Shown here one piece after another: positions 39,044-52,778 of a DNA stretch of 64,000 nt. Below the pieces are notes generated by a model, which did no database searches, was not told the DNA's origin, and saw only the letters and a program-made list of their open reading frames with translations. The stretch is from Protoeuglena noctilucae. Its lineage: Eukaryota. The DNA lies in the NCBI GenBank assembly GCA_958009085.1, contig OY253679.1:868001-932000 (forward strand), in the 5' to 3' direction. A program made the position numbers and the translations under genes. Positions within the stretch are counted from its first letter, which is position 1. Each line of letters begins with the position of its first letter.

Positions 39044-39069
39044 ATTAAGTGCACACGTGTGCACTTAAT
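39044..39069. promoter_or_regulatory. Perfect 26-bp palindrome centred on CACGTG, in the divergent CFAP73/VPS50 intergenic region
   Basis: ATTAAGTGCACACGTGTGCACTTAAT equals its own reverse complement. The regulatory role is inferred only. Confidence 0.5.
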
Positions 39070-39596
39070 GGACGCCAGCGACCTAGGTTCCGCCCAAGTC
39101 GTCCTTCACTTGCTGTAAGAGCCCTAGGGTTCCGGCCCTCTTCGCGGGGAGTCGAGCCACATCCGCGGGGATCGCTGGAGTCGTCTTTGTTTCCCGTCCG
39201 ATCTGCATCCCATCGCGCGATCGCCACGCGCGCCTTGGCTTGTCAGTGGTGGGCAAGCGCGGTTGATGTCGTAGGTCCTCTGGCCAGCCAGTTCCGTAGC
39301 GGTGGGGTCCGGACGTCGAGCTGTGTCGGCACAGCCCACGGCGTGGCTGCATCATGGGCGTCATCCACGGCGCGGTGTAACGACCCTCCCCTGGACCAGC
39401 TTCTCGCCTGCTGGAGAATCCCGGGCGCAAAATGGCAGCTCTTCCTTTCCAGCTAAAGGACAGGTTGAAGCGCGTCCTGGGCGTGGGCCAGGATGCCCCG
39501 GGGCATAGGTGAGCGACGTGCGTGCGGGGCCGCGCCACGCTCTCCGCGAGACGAGCCCCGCGCCCGTCCCGTCCCCCCTCCGCGCCGCTCTCGCTT

Positions 39597-42500
39597 ATGA
39601 TGAGTGGCGGCATCGCGTCCCGGCCGGTGTTGCGTCCGTCCTCGCGTCGCTCGCTGCCCGCCCGCCCTCCCCGCTGCGTGCACCCTTGGTGCGCCCCCTC
39701 GCCTCGCAGCCGGACCGAGAGCGGCAGCAACATCCTCGCCAAGATGGAGGAGCTCGAGACGGCGCTCCGCGACACGGGTCCGACGCGCGAGGAGAAGCAG
39801 CAGCTGCTCGCGGCCCTGCACCCGTCGTTCTTCGACCCCGCGGGCGACTGCGCCCTGCAGGCGCTCCAGTCGCTGCCCGCGAACCCTACCGCGGATGCCA
39901 GTGAGTGCATCCCCGCGGCCCGCGCCCTCCCGCGCGGCTGGCGCGCGCGCTGCGGGCCCGCTGCAGGACCGACCGCGTTTCCCCTCCAATGCGCTTGCTT
40001 ACTGCCGATCCCCGCCATCCTCGCAGTCGAGAAGGTCATCGAGAATTACCAAGGCGTCCTGGACATCGTCGGCGGGGAGCTCGCGGACCACGTCTTGGCC
40101 AATTACGACGAATTCGTCGAGGGAGGTGACGATGGGGAGGCTATTGCGCTTAGATCCCCTCGCAAGCGGCGACGGAAGTAGTATCCGTTACTTTGCTATC
40201 TCTTGCGCTTTCCATCGGTCGCCTTCCTGTTCCAGCCAGCCGCCTGCGCCGACTGCCCCACCGCTCACGCAGCGAAGTGGGCCCCCTGCCTCTGTGCAGC
40301 GCTGCGGGCATCGCTGCGGTCGTCGCGACGCACGCCGTCCTGCGTTTCGCGTCCCCGCAGTGAACGAGGTGTCCCGCGTGGACAGCACGATCCAGCTGGC
40401 GGCCGTGCTGGCCCGCAACTGCCGCCGCCGGCTGGCCATGGCGCTCGAGAGAGTCAAAGTGGACCTGGACATTGCGCACATGTCGCTGAGGAAGAGGAAC
40501 CTGTTACAGGCGAGGGATGGGCTGCGAGATGGGCTGTCATGCGAGCGAAGACCGACGTTGGCTCACACGTCGTCGCAGCTCCCCACAGCACCCTCACTCT
40601 TCATGCATCTCAGCACACAAGCACCATCCTAGCACCCCTTCCCACAGCACCCTTCCCTCCCCCTCCCCCCCCAGGTCGCCTCCATCATGCAGCGCCTCTT
40701 CGCCGCCCGCGGCCTGATGCAGCGCGTGAGCGAGGCCAACAAGTCCAGCGACTTCGCCGCCGCCGTCCTCGCCTGCGCCGATTGCTCCGCGGGCATCGAC
40801 GATCTCGGTCCTTTGTTAGTCGCTGAGGATTTGCAGGCATCCATAAGGGCAGCCATGGAGGCCACGTTACGCGTGGTGGAGGAGGCGCTGTTTCTGGCAT
40901 GCGCCGACTTCGCGCCCCGGAGGTACCTGGGGCCCCTGCAGACGTACCTGGTGCTGGGGGAGGCGAAGGTGAGAGGGGGTGGGGGGTGGGGGTGGGGGTG
41001 GGGGTGGGGGGATGAGTGGGTGTCTGTGTAAGGGTGGGGATGTGGATACGTGCCTGTGTGGCTCAGGTGCACTGCTGGAGCAAGACACCTGCCCCTCTCC
41101 CTGCCAGTGACCCACCCGCCCATCTCATACCCATCCCCAGGAGTTCACCGACAAGATCCAATCGGCCCTCACCCGCGTCCCCATGGACCGAATGATGTCC
41201 GTCATGCGTGCCTACGCCCACGCCCCCACCACCACCGCCACCGCCACCCCCGCCGGCCCCCTCACCTCCCCCCGTGACCGTGCCCTCCGCTCTACGTCCA
41301 CGCTATCGCCCCGCGACGCCCCCGGCCCGGGCGACCTCCTTCGCCAAGACTCCGCCAGGCACTCCCTGGGAGTGCTGTCGGGCGCCCTGCCGTGGGGCCT
41401 GGGTGCCCAAGCATTTCAGGACGCCTGCTCCCATCTGCCGCCCGATCGCGTGGAGACGTGTCTCTTGTCTGCGTGTGACGTGGCGGTGTCGATCATGGCG
41501 TCCCTGCATCGGATGGAGAGGTGGAGCCGGAGGGGGGCGGTGGCGATTGGGGCGGAGGGGACGGGGGAGGGGGGTGGGAGTGCGGGTGCGGCCGCGGGTG
41601 GGGGTGCGGGTGGGGAGAAGGGAGGGTTGTCGGGAACTGCGGGCGGTGCGGGTGCGGGTGGGGGGAACGCAAATGCGGGTGTGACGGATGGGGCGGATGC
41701 AGCGGTGGGGGTGGACGAGGATGAGGACGGGGATGCAGGGGGCGGGGAGTGGCGCGTGTCCTACGGGGAGCTCTTAGCTGTATCCGGGCAGGAGCTGGAG
41801 CGTGCGTTTGTGTCGGGGTGCCTGGCCCAAGCGGCCGCGACGGTGGCGGGGGGGCGGCGCATGGTGTGGGAGAGTCTGATGCGCCGGGTGTTGTCGCTGC
41901 TGAGCGCGCCCGCGGCGTTAGACTCCCTGGGCTTCCAAGGCGCACTGAGGTGGACCCAGGGTTTGGAGGAGGTGGGAGCGGCGTTCACGGGGCAACGGGG
42001 CGGCACGCTGCACGCGCACCTGGGCCTCGTGCACCGGCAGCTGTTCTCCGCGCACCACCGCCACGGCATGGACGTCCTGCGGTCGCTGGCGCAACGGGAG
42101 ACCTGGCATGCGGTGCGGCTGGCCGATGCGATGGGCAAGGCGGTTGTGAGCCTGCGGGAGGTGCTGGGGAGGGCGCAGCCGGGGTCCGCGGTGTTCGGGG
42201 CGTGGGGGAGGGAGCGGGGGGAGGAGGAGGGGGGCAGGGGGGGCGACGGGGGCAGCGAAGGTGAGGGGTAGTGGGGTGGTGGGGGATAGAGGTAAGGTGG
42301 GGCTGTTAGGTGTGGTTTGGATGTCTTTGCTCCATCAATTTCGCTGTCTTAATTGGCAGCTGTCATGCAATCAGCCGCTTGATGTGTCGAACCTTCACAA
42401 CGCCCTCGCAACCACCCCAGCCCACCACCTCCCACCCAACACCTCACTCCCACCCCTCGTCCCCTCCCCCGCAGCGCCCACCGCCAACCACGCCCACCAC

Positions 42501-45090
42501 GCAGACCACCCCCTGGCAAACACACCCGGCGACGCACCCCACATCAACGGCCACTCCCCACGCGCTCGCCTACCCCCCGGCTACCCCCCCCGCCCGCTAT
42601 CCGAGGTCCCTATTCCCGCACTGAACGATCTGGTGCAGGGAGGCGGGCCTTTCAAAGAGGGCGGGTGGCTGAGGCAGCTGACGGGGCCGGCGTGGGCCTA
42701 CGATGTCGGCCCCCAGTGCCGCCCAGCCGTGGCGCCCGGGGCTGCGGAGGAGGCGTCGGGGAGCGGGAGGGGCGGCGCGGGGGCGGATGCGGGCGCGGGA
42801 CAGGCGCGGGGGTCGCGGGGGGGTGGGGGCGGGGGTGGGGTGCCGCGCGATTTGCGGTATGCGGGGGGTGGGGGCGAGGCTGGGCGCGGGGGCGGGGGCG
42901 GGTGGGGCCGCGGGTGGGGCGCGGGAGAGGCGACGGTGACCGCCACGTCTGCCCGGGTGGAGCGCATGTGGGCGTGTTACTTGCACCTGTGTCTGACGTC
43001 ACAACTGCCAGTGGCCGACCTTCTGGACGCCGCGGCCCAGGCGGCGGAGGTGCTGCTGGTCGCGGTGTTTCAGGCGTTCGGGGATCCCTGGGGCGGGGCG
43101 CCGGTGGGGGGCGGCGTGGGGGCGGGGGCGGGTGCGGGTGCAAATGCGGGTGCGGGGGGTGGCAAGGCGGCGACGGTGGACGTTCCCATGCCGGCGCGGC
43201 TCAGAGCGGCGCTGCAGAGGGCCAAGGCGCGCGTCGGGGACGTGCGGGCGGCGGCGGTGGTGGCGGCGCCGGCGGCAGCGGCGGCATCGCCGGCGAAGGG
43301 GGTGGGGGCGGGGGGCGGGGTGCCTGGGGTAGCGGCGCTGCTGGGGCGGGGAGGGGGCGCGGAGGACGGGAAGCGGGCGGACGGCGGCGGCGCGACGTGG
43401 CTACAGAAGATGCGGCTGCCGGGAGTGACTGGTATGGGTGCGGGTGGGGCGGTGGGTACAAGTGTGGTGGCGGGTGCAGTGGCGGGTGCGGAGGGTGCGG
43501 GTCAGCGGCAGGGGTCGCAGGGGCTGTGCCTGCTGCCGCGGGCGTCGGCTCTGCGTGCCGTGGAGCGTCTGTGCGCGCTGGTGGGGGAGGCACGGGGGCA
43601 GATCCGGGCGCTGTGCCTTGGGGTGGACGCGGGGGGCAAGGTGGACGAGGACGGGTGAGGGTGGTGGGGGGGCTTGGTGGGTGGGGCGGGTGTGGGTAGA
43701 GAGGTGGATGAGGACGGGTGGGGGGTAGGAGGGGGATGATAGGGGGTGGTGAGGGGTAGCAAGGGTGTTGGGGTGGTGACGATTTGGTCCCCACCCACCG
43801 TCTCGACCAGAGCAATGCACCATTCATGCACTCCAGTCACCTCAATAAGCCATGTACCATTCATGCGCCCTCGCCCTCCCTCCCGCAGCATCGTGAGGGA
43901 CGGCCCCACCTCGGCATCCAGCGACACCTCCCACCTCGCGGGGGAGAACACGGTGAGGGACTGCTTGATATGAGAGATAAGAGCTTAACTGTCCAGTTAC
44001 TGACTAGTTACCACTGCCAACGCGCCCCTTTCCGCTCACCTCTCCCCCCATCCCACCCACCACCACCATCACCCACCACCCACCACCCCCTCACCTCCCA
44101 CGCCATCACCCACCCCTCTCCCCCAGGCCGCTGCCGAGGCCCTCTTTGCCGTCGTGGACGCCTGTGCTGACCTCCCCGCCCACGTCATGTCCGTGGCGGC
44201 CGTGCAGGCCACCTCCGTCGCCTGGCTGCCCGAGCGCGTGGCTGCCACGAGGTATGACCTGGCCGACGTGGGCGTGCACGAGTCCCCTTGGGTGGTGGAG
44301 CTGCAGGGGTGCTTGTCCGCGCTGCGGGCGCGCGTGGACGGGGAGATGGGCGCGGGAGGGGTTGCGAACAGCGCATCGGGCGGCAAGGGGGCGGGGAACG
44401 GGGTAACAGTGGCAAAGGATGGGGCGGGGGTGGCGGAGGCGTGGGGCGTGCCCAGGGAAGCGGTGGACGAGGCTCTGGGTCTGTTCTGGCGTTCCGTACT
44501 CGGCGTGGTGTGTTCCGCGATCGTCGAGGGGCTCTCGCGCGTGCGGCGGTGCACGATGGAGGGCCGCAGCCGGATGATGCTCGACATGCAGATGCTGTCA
44601 GCCCACGCGAGGACGCTCGTGCCGCCCGGCTGCCCCGTGGACACGTTCGTCGTCGATGAGTACGTGCAGGGGTTCTATCTCGAGGTGTCGGTGAGTGGAT
44701 GGGAGCGTGGGGATGGGTGGGTGATTGCGGGTGTGGGTGGGTGATGGGGTGGTAGCGGGCGATGCAGGGTGGGTGCAGCTTTGTTGTTGGGGAGCGAGTA
44801 ATGATGCGATGTGCTGTATCCTGTGTCTGTATAGTTCCGACTAGCTGCTGCATTACACTGTTGCTGGGGCTGTGTGGAAGCGAAAGCGGTCGACTTTGGT
44901 GCCGACCGTCGCAAACCCGGCCCGTCTGTCGCAGGAGCTGATCCTCTGGCTGCGCTCCAAGCCCCAGTACTCGAAGCGGCAGGTCGTGTCGCTCGTCTCG
45001 ATCGTCGCGGAGCACCACGGCATGAAGAAGCGGCAAGTCAAGGACCTGATGTCGCACGTCGACCCCGCAGCGGCCGAAATGCTCACGTGA
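39597..45090 (+). CDS. VPS50: Syndetin / VPS50 (EARP complex subunit)
   Basis: N-terminal LDIVGGELADHVLANYDEFVEG...NCRRRL. C-terminal IVEGLSRVRRCTMEGRSRMMLDMQ, VDEYVQGFYL and ELILWLRSKPQYSKRQVVSLV are typical of the syndetin C-terminus. Confidence 0.85.
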
Positions 45091-45705
45091 CGGCGCCGGG
45101 AACCTGCTTTGTGGCATGACTATGCGTTTACACTGCATTTGCGGACGAGCGGGCGCCGCAGCGGGGCCCCTCGCGCGCGCGGGAGGGTCCTGTCGCTGGC
45201 ACGCCAGTGTGGTCCTGCGCGAGAGCGATCCGACGGCAGCTTTGCAGCTAGGGAGCGAGACGCGAGTGTATGGATGGTCTACGACAGCCCGCGATGCGCG
45301 TTGAATAGATTCGACTGTTGCGTGAAAGGGAACGGGCACTGCGTGCGCGTGGCAGGCCCGCACGGCGCGGAGCAAGAGGAATTATCGCAACCTGGTCGTC
45401 AGTAGCCTAACAATAGCGAACTGCCGAGCGTAGGCGAGGGCATCGCGCTCCCGGGCGAGCGCGGGCGGGACACGGGCTACACGCAGGCCTTCCTCAGGAA
45501 GGACGGGGGCGACATGGGGGACACCAAGGCGGAATACCAAAGTTAAGTACAGTCTTCGCTTGTTGGCTGCGCAGCGGTTAGCCATCGGGGCCCCAGCGCG
45601 CCGAGGGCGCCCGGCAAAGTCGCTCCCGCATTTTCACGCGCTCCTCGGGCCCGCAGGCTGCGCAAGGCGCATGGGAAGCTGGCGGAGTCGGTGGAGAGCG
45701 AGGGG

Positions 45706-47781
45706 ATGGTGGGTCGGAAGAACAGCATGACGATTGGGGAGAAGCTCACGCTGGTGCAGATGGCGGTGCTGTGGCAGGACAAGGAGATCCGCTTCGAGGC
45801 GGACAAGAGGAATTTAATCCTGGTTTCGGGGGAGGAGGTTCTCGTGCGAATATACAAGGCCGAGGACGTCAAGGGCGGGGAGGGGAAGGCGAGGGCGCGG
45901 GGTATTGAGGTTTGACACACTTTGCTGAGCTCGTTGTGCTTCTCTTGTTCGCAAGGATAAGCGCCCGTGCCCCTCGCAGGTCGGTTCGCTGTTCGTGACT
46001 TCGCTGCGCGTGTTGTGGCTCGCGCGCAAGGACCTGGAGCACAAGGCCTCGACGAACCTCAACCTGTCGGTCGGCCTGGGGAGCATTTTCGACCTGAACG
46101 TCGTCACGCGGGAGTCGCGGGTCACCGGGAACGTCGCTCGGCTCGAGGCAAGGCGCAGGCCGCGTCGCGGAGGCACAGCGCGGGGCGCAGAGCTGCGCAA
46201 ACACGCGACTCAGCTGCACAATTAACAAGCTTCGTTTTCGCGATCGCGCGCGCAGGTATTGAGCCGGTTCGAGAACAGCAAGTACCAGTTCATCTTCAAC
46301 TGCACGACGTCGCAGATGGGCAAGCTCGAGGCGACGAAAAAGGTCTGGAAGGCGTTCCAGGCGTCGCGGCTGTACCGGTGAGGCCGGATGGGGTGGTTGT
46401 TGCTGTTGCTGTGGCTGTGACTGCACCGGTGAGGCTGGGTTGCAACAGCTACTCCTGATGCTGTTGCTGATGCTGTACCAGCGAGGCTTGGTTGCTGTGT
46501 CAATGGTACGCAACCCCACCACCCACCACCGCCACCCTCAACCCCACCACCCCCCTCCCTCTCAGCGAGCTCAAGCTCCGGGGCTCCTTCATCCGCGACG
46601 GCGAGCTTATCTGCCTCCCCGGCGAGAGCCTCATCAACAAGATTCCCAACGTCATGAATCTGGCGAACAACCAGGGCAACATGGGCACTTTCTACCTCAC
46701 CAACGCCCGCCTCGTGTGGTGCGCCAACCACAACGAGTCGTTCAACGTCTCTATTCCCTTCACGCAAATACTGGCGGTCAAAGTGCGCGAGTCCAAGTTC
46801 GGGCCGGCACTGGTCGTGGAGACGAACCCCAAGGCGGGGGGGTACCTGCTGGGGTTCAACACCAACCCGGGGGAGAGGTGAGAGCGGATGGTTGTTGATG
46901 GAGTTCAATGCTTACTTAAACGAGCGGTGAGTGGAGAGGGTATCCGCTGGGACTGAACACACATCCAGTCATGATGTTTTCTTATTTAACTCACAGTAGC
47001 TTTTAACTCCATGCCAATTCACCCCCCCCAGACTGGAGGGGGTGTACCGCGAGGTGCGGACGGTGTGGAAGTCGGGCGTGTCGCGGCCGGACCTGGGGAC
47101 GGCCACGGTTCAGGACATCATTGCGGAAGGTACGTGCGTGCATTATCTTGAATCATTGGCTATAATGGGATAAAGGTTCGTGATAGTGGCTCAGTGGGTG
47201 TTTGTATGGGCGGGGTGGCAAAGGTGCAGGACATCATCGCGGGGGGTGGGAAGTTATTGTCATGGATTATTGGTTATAATGGCTTGTTTATTATGATGGG
47301 TGCGATAGTGACTTGGTGTGCGTTTGTATGGGAGGGGTGGCTATGGAGCTAAACGAATTAGTCAGCTAATCAATTCATTCCCAATTCCCGCAGAGGAGGA
47401 CCGGGAAGAGGCATTAAAGATGCTTGAGGACGTGCAAATCACCGACGCGCCCGAGGTGAGACGGGGAGTTGCATTCAGATTCAAATGCAAACTCACTCGC
47501 GTTCACTTATTGTCACTAGCACAGTACTATCACTCTCATTGTCGCTTTTACTCATAGACTCACTCGGCACCCTCTTATTGCCAGCCAAAGATGCCATATC
47601 TGTTAAGTGCCATATCTTATCCCTCACCCTTCCAACCCAGGCCCGCGACACGCTGCTCAGCTACATCCTGGAGCAGGGCAGCACCTCCAGCAAAGCCCCC
47701 GTCTATTCGGCCGAGTTGGGGGTGGCCATCGAGCCACTCAAGATGGACATGACCCTCGACGAGCTGTGGTCCGTGCTTTGA
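45706..47781 (+). CDS. BBS5: Bardet-Biedl syndrome 5 protein (BBSome)
   Basis: LWQDKEIRFE; EDVKGGEGK|VGSLFVTSLRVLW; LYRELKLRG; NLANNQGNMGTFYLTNARLVW; SKFGPALVVET...GGYLLGF; PVYSAELGVAIE...TLDELW. Confidence 0.93.
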
Positions 47782-47928
47782 ATTTGAATGATGAAGGGAG
47801 ATCAGAACAGTTATCTATGTTCATTAAATTTCAATGGCAGTTTTAATATTTCAAAAGCAACCACACGTTATTTCAATAGCAACTAGTGACGTCCAAAACA
47901 TCACAACCACCGCCATTCGCCACCACCG

Positions 47929-50345
47929 TCACCCCTCCACCCCCCGCCCCCGCGACCCCCCCGCCCCTTGCAACCCCCCCATCTCCTCTTCCCAATCCCA
48001 ATCCGTAATCTCCCTCGGCAACTCCCGCAGAGCCGCCTCGCCCCCTCTCAGCACCGCCCCCGCCACCCACTCCCCCACCAATGCGTGGTACACCAGCCCT
48101 CGCGAACCCAAGCCACAGAACACCCAAACCTGCAGAGAATACGAGGAATATATCTTGCGTTTTTTCAAGTATACATGATCTATATGCACAGTATGCTTGA
48201 CCTCTTCTCCACCCCCCAATCGCCCACACCACTCCCCCCCTCACCTCCTGCCCATTTCCTCCACCCCCCAGCCGTCCCACCAGCGGCAAAGCGCCGTGGC
48301 GCGTGCGCCGGGGTAACCCCCGCACCCCCGCCCGCACCCACACCGCCCGCCACCCCACCGCCGGCCGCCACAGCCGCCCTGCCTCCCCCACAAGCCCCGC
48401 CACTGCTGTTGTTTCATCCAAGTGGTCTTGGTCTTTCAAACCCCTACTGCTGAATTTGAAATCCCTAGTACTCCCCGCACCCTCGTTCCGTGCCTCACCC
48501 CCACTGTCACCCCTAACCCCACCATCTCTCATCAACCTCGCAGCCCCTCTCGCACCCACCGCCCACCCGTGCCCGCCCCCCACCGCCGCGGCTGCGTCTC
48601 TAGCTGACAGTCCGTATGTCTTGGTCGCACCCACCACCACTCTCCTGTCGCCATGTGCGGCCAGGTAGGTCGGTCCCAAAAGGGAGGGCGCGTGGGGTGG
48701 GTAAGTGTTTGTGGCATCATAACTGGTGTTAGTGGTGTTGTTGATATCACCAGCCTTGGTATAATTCGTATGTGTATGAGCAGTATTGGTAGTTTCAGCA
48801 GTAGTAGTAGCATGACTATCGTTGTAAGTCAGATTCTGATGGTAGTCGTTGGGTTCGATTTCCGCCGTGAAGCCGTGGCACATTTCCATGGGCAGGCGAC
48901 CGCGGAGCTCAGCTGCGAAGGAAAGGGGTGAGGGTGAGGGTGTTGTTGTTACAAGAGCAAGGGTGAGGGAGGGAGAGGGGTGGGGTGTAAGTGGTGAGGA
49001 CAGCGAGTAATTAGGGGTAAGGAGTGATAGTGGTCATTATATTCCACACGTCACTCGTAGCACATTCCGCATCACACCGCATCACACATCACATCACGTT
49101 CCACATCACATCCCACAGCACGTGTCACCGATGTCCGCCGACGCGGCCCCCGCGGCCACCACCACCCTGTCGAATTCTGGCAGGTCCCTCGCGATGCCAG
49201 AAACGCGCCTGTCCCGGTCCAGCGCCACCTCAGATCCCCCCCTCTCCGCCTCTGCCTGACAGGCGGCCCACAGGCCACGCATGTAGGACTGGGGGTTCAA
49301 AACCACTCCATCGGAAATGAACAGAGCTCTGTGTGTAGTTGGGGAAAGGATGGTGATGATCATGGGGCTCACGATTGTAGTAAGTAGCAGTGGGGACAAC
49401 CCTTAGTACACAACCCCACCCCATCTTTCCCTGCTCTAGCTCCCCTCACCCACCACCCCTCACCCACCCCCACTCGCTCTCACCCCAGCTCTCCCTCCGG
49501 CATCACCACTCCCGGTAGCAGCGACACCGCTGTTTCGTTGTCCACCGCCCTCGCCCCTTCATCATTCACGTCCACCCCCGCCCCTGGGCCCCAGGCTTTG
49601 CGGAATGCCGCGGCCTGTTTCGCATCGCGCGCTGGCCTGTGATGATCGAGGAGTATGGCAAAGAATAGATAGTAGCACACACAGAGACGGTGGCAATGGC
49701 TGGGTATAGCAAATGCACAAGTGCACAGCTTGCCCGTGGTATGGCGTCACTTTCGCTGCCATCTTTCACAGCAACCCACCTCGCCTGAGGATTCCGGTGC
49801 CGCGGATGACGTCGGGCTCGTAACGCGCGGCTTTCTGCACCAATGCCAACGTGGCACGCACGCCCTCCCTCCCCCGCCACAGCTCCGTGCCTTTCGGCGA
49901 GTAGGGATGCAGGAGGCCCGCGGAGGCACCGGAAGCGCCGCCTCCGATGCCCGCCGCGTCCAACTGCGGGCGCGTCGAGGTCGCCAGGAGCTTGGAAGGC
50001 AATAACTGCAGCAGCCACCGCGGGGCTTGTTGCTGCGATATCATGCTGCTTTGTGGGTCGCGATGATAGGACATGTGTATCATAACTTCATCGGAACACG
50101 GCGTCGGCGTAGAGGCTCACCAAAGTAATAGAGATGCGGGTTTGCGAGGTGTGGGCCTTCTCGAGCAAGTGCCAGCACGTGGCGAGGCCGGCGAACCCCG
50201 CGCCCACGATCGCGCACGATAGACGATCCGAATGACAGCTGCGGACGCGGATATTGCCGATTCCGCGCGCGCGCCGGCCACGCACGGGCACGCTTGCATC
50301 GACGAGGCGGCTACTCACGCGACGCCGCGTCTGGCCTCCCTCCAT
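47929..50345 (-). CDS. FAD-dependent oxidoreductase (DAO/glycine oxidase-like)
   Basis: AIVGAGFAGLATCWHL (Rossmann GxGxxG); GIGGGASGASAGLLHPYSPKG; VVVAAGA; VVGATK; AGVRGLP...GALPLVG; VFCGLGSRGLVYHALVG. Confidence 0.85.
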
Positions 50346-50799
50346 CCACGGGCGGAGACCCGGGGCGAGAGCTGCAGGAGAGGGCGTCTGGGCACGAGGC
50401 CGCGGCAGGGCAGGAGAGGCCAGTCCATACCCGCTCGCGCTCCCGACCTTTCAGCAGCTCTCGGGTCTCGAGTAGGAGCGCCTACAACGTGCCGCCCCTA
50501 TGCGACTGGCTAGAGATGGATGCGCCCGACGTGCATGCAGAGCGACGAGCAGTCTTGCGAAGAGAGATGAGCCGGGTCAGCCAGGGTACGCCCCGCGTCT
50601 CTGACAGGGCTCCCTACAGCGCGCTTTCGTCATGGCAGCCTCCCGTGCGCACGATACGTGAGTGCCTCAACACCGCACCGGCATAGTGCAGCTTTTCACA
50701 CCGCACCCGCCGCTGCGTTGTGAGTTTGACGCACACGACGCGCACTCGGGCGGCTAGGCCGGACGGTGTCACCCTGGGCTTCCCCTAGCCTCTCCCGGC

Positions 50800-52367
50800 A
50801 TGCGCATTGCTCTTCCCTCTCCGCCGGCACGCTGCGTTCGATGCCACTCCCTCCCGGGGCTCGCCGCCCCTCCGATTGCGCCCCTCCGCACCCTCTACCC
50901 TCCCACCGAGGCGCATCACGCGGGTTCCTTCGCCATCGACGGCCACGAAGTGCACTTTGAGTGCCGGGGCAATCCTCGCGGCGCACCGGTGCTGGTCTTG
51001 CACGGCGGCCCGGGCGCAGCGTGCTGGCCCCGTCACACGCAGGTGCGGCGCGGCGCGGACTCCGCCTTGCCAGCTGCTGCGCGCGGCATGTTGTATTTAT
51101 CATTCTCCGCGTTCTCGCACCCTCGAAGTTCTTCGACCCGAACCGGTGGCGCGTGGTGCTCATGGACCAGCGCGGTTGCGGATCGTCCAAGCCGCGCGGC
51201 CGCTTGGCCGGCAACGACACCTGGAGATTGGTCTCCGACATCGAGGTGTTGCGTCGGCAGGTCGGCGTGCGGCAGTGGGGCGCCGTGATGGGCGGGTCGT
51301 GGGGATCGACGTTGGCGCTTGCCTACGCATCGCAGCACCCGGACCGCGTGGCCGGCCTGGTCCTGCGGGGCGTCTGCCTGATGCGTAGGATCGAAATGGA
51401 GTGGTTCTTTGGTGGCGGAGCGGGGCAGCTGCGGCCCAAGGAGTTCGCTGCGTTTACGGGGCATGTGGCAAGAGGCGACAACAGTGGCGACGAGTTGTTA
51501 TCGCGTGTGACGGCAACGGACGTGCTGCGGGCATACCTGGCGGACCTGACGGCGACGGACGGGGCGCGGCGGGCGCAGGCGGCGGGGCGGTGGGCGGCGT
51601 GGGAGCATGCGGTGGGGTCTTTGCGGGGACGGGCGGTGGATGGGGCGGAGGGTGGGGCGCAGGCGTGGTGGGTGGTGCGGGAGGCGGAGTTGGCGGCGGG
51701 GCAAGCGGGGTGGGGTGCGTGGGGTGCGGGGTGGGGAGCGGGGGGTGCGGGGTGGGATCGGTTGGGTGCGGGGGGTACGGGGTGGGATGGGTGGGGTGAC
51801 GAGGACATAAGCCTGGCAGCAGGCGCTTTGCGGGACTTTCCTGGGGACCCTGGCCTGAGTCATGGTCAGGCGCAGGCGCTGCTGACGGCGTGGTACAGCC
51901 TGCATTTGGGGTTCGGGGCGGCGGAGGGCGTGGGGGCGGGGCTGCCGTCGATGCGGGGCGTCCCGTGCATCGCCGTGCAGGTGAGTGGTTGTTGTAAGCA
52001 AAAAAGAAAACGTGACTGGTGGAATGTGATTGCTGCATCGGGTGGGTTGGCGGTCACAGTCGGTCGCTTTGATGGTACTACACGCATGGCACGTTGTCAG
52101 GCGCACCATGTTACCCACAGTCGAGTGCCCCCACCGTACCCCTTGCCCCTCTAACAGCGATACCTCTCAACCCTCACCTTCACACACATACGCATGCAGG
52201 GTGCGGAGGACCACGTGTGCCCCCTCTTCACGGCGCAAGACATCCAATCGCAATGGCCCGAGATGGACTTGCGCATCGTCCGCAACGGCGGGCACAGCAT
52301 GTACGACCCCCCCATCACCGACGCCCTTCTACATGCCACGGACGATTTGGCGAGGGTCCTGGCTTAG
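50800..52367 (+). CDS. Proline iminopeptidase (alpha/beta hydrolase); start uncertain
   Basis: GNPRGAPVLVLHGGPG; FFDPNRWRVVLMDQRGCGSS; GGSWGSTLALAYASQHP; LVLRG; VQGAEDHVCP; GGHSMYDP. Confidence 0.92.
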
Positions 52368-52778
52368 CGGCGACCAACGGGTCCATCAATAAGCAGGGAT
52401 CTGTGTCGGTGCCTGTGACGCACACACAGTATCAGCGCTACCCAGTGGCAAGCGCCCGTCGACACGTCGACATTTTGAGGAGTTTTGTGTCACTGCACGC
52501 CACCTTTGTTTCTACTCGTGCTACAACGCTCTCGTGACGTGTACCTTTGCAGCTTTGCACTCCCCGCTCACGCACTCTCTCCTCCGTTTGCTGCTTTCCT
52601 CTACGACCCTCTAATCCTTCACTGGCCCTCTTTGTCAATGGAGAGGTCTCTGATGTTAAGAGATACCACCTGCCAGCGCCCGTCCCTGTCAGATCTCCAA
52701 GTAGCATAGCTGACACAAACATGCTGCTTGAAAAGCTACTCACGCCACCACGCGCTGCCTGACACCACTAGAACCCTT

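Noticed and set aside
48131..48245. Apparent frameshift in the FAD oxidoreductase C-terminus
   Set aside because: Explained by a GT-AG intron joining GNGQE to VWVFCGLGSRG.
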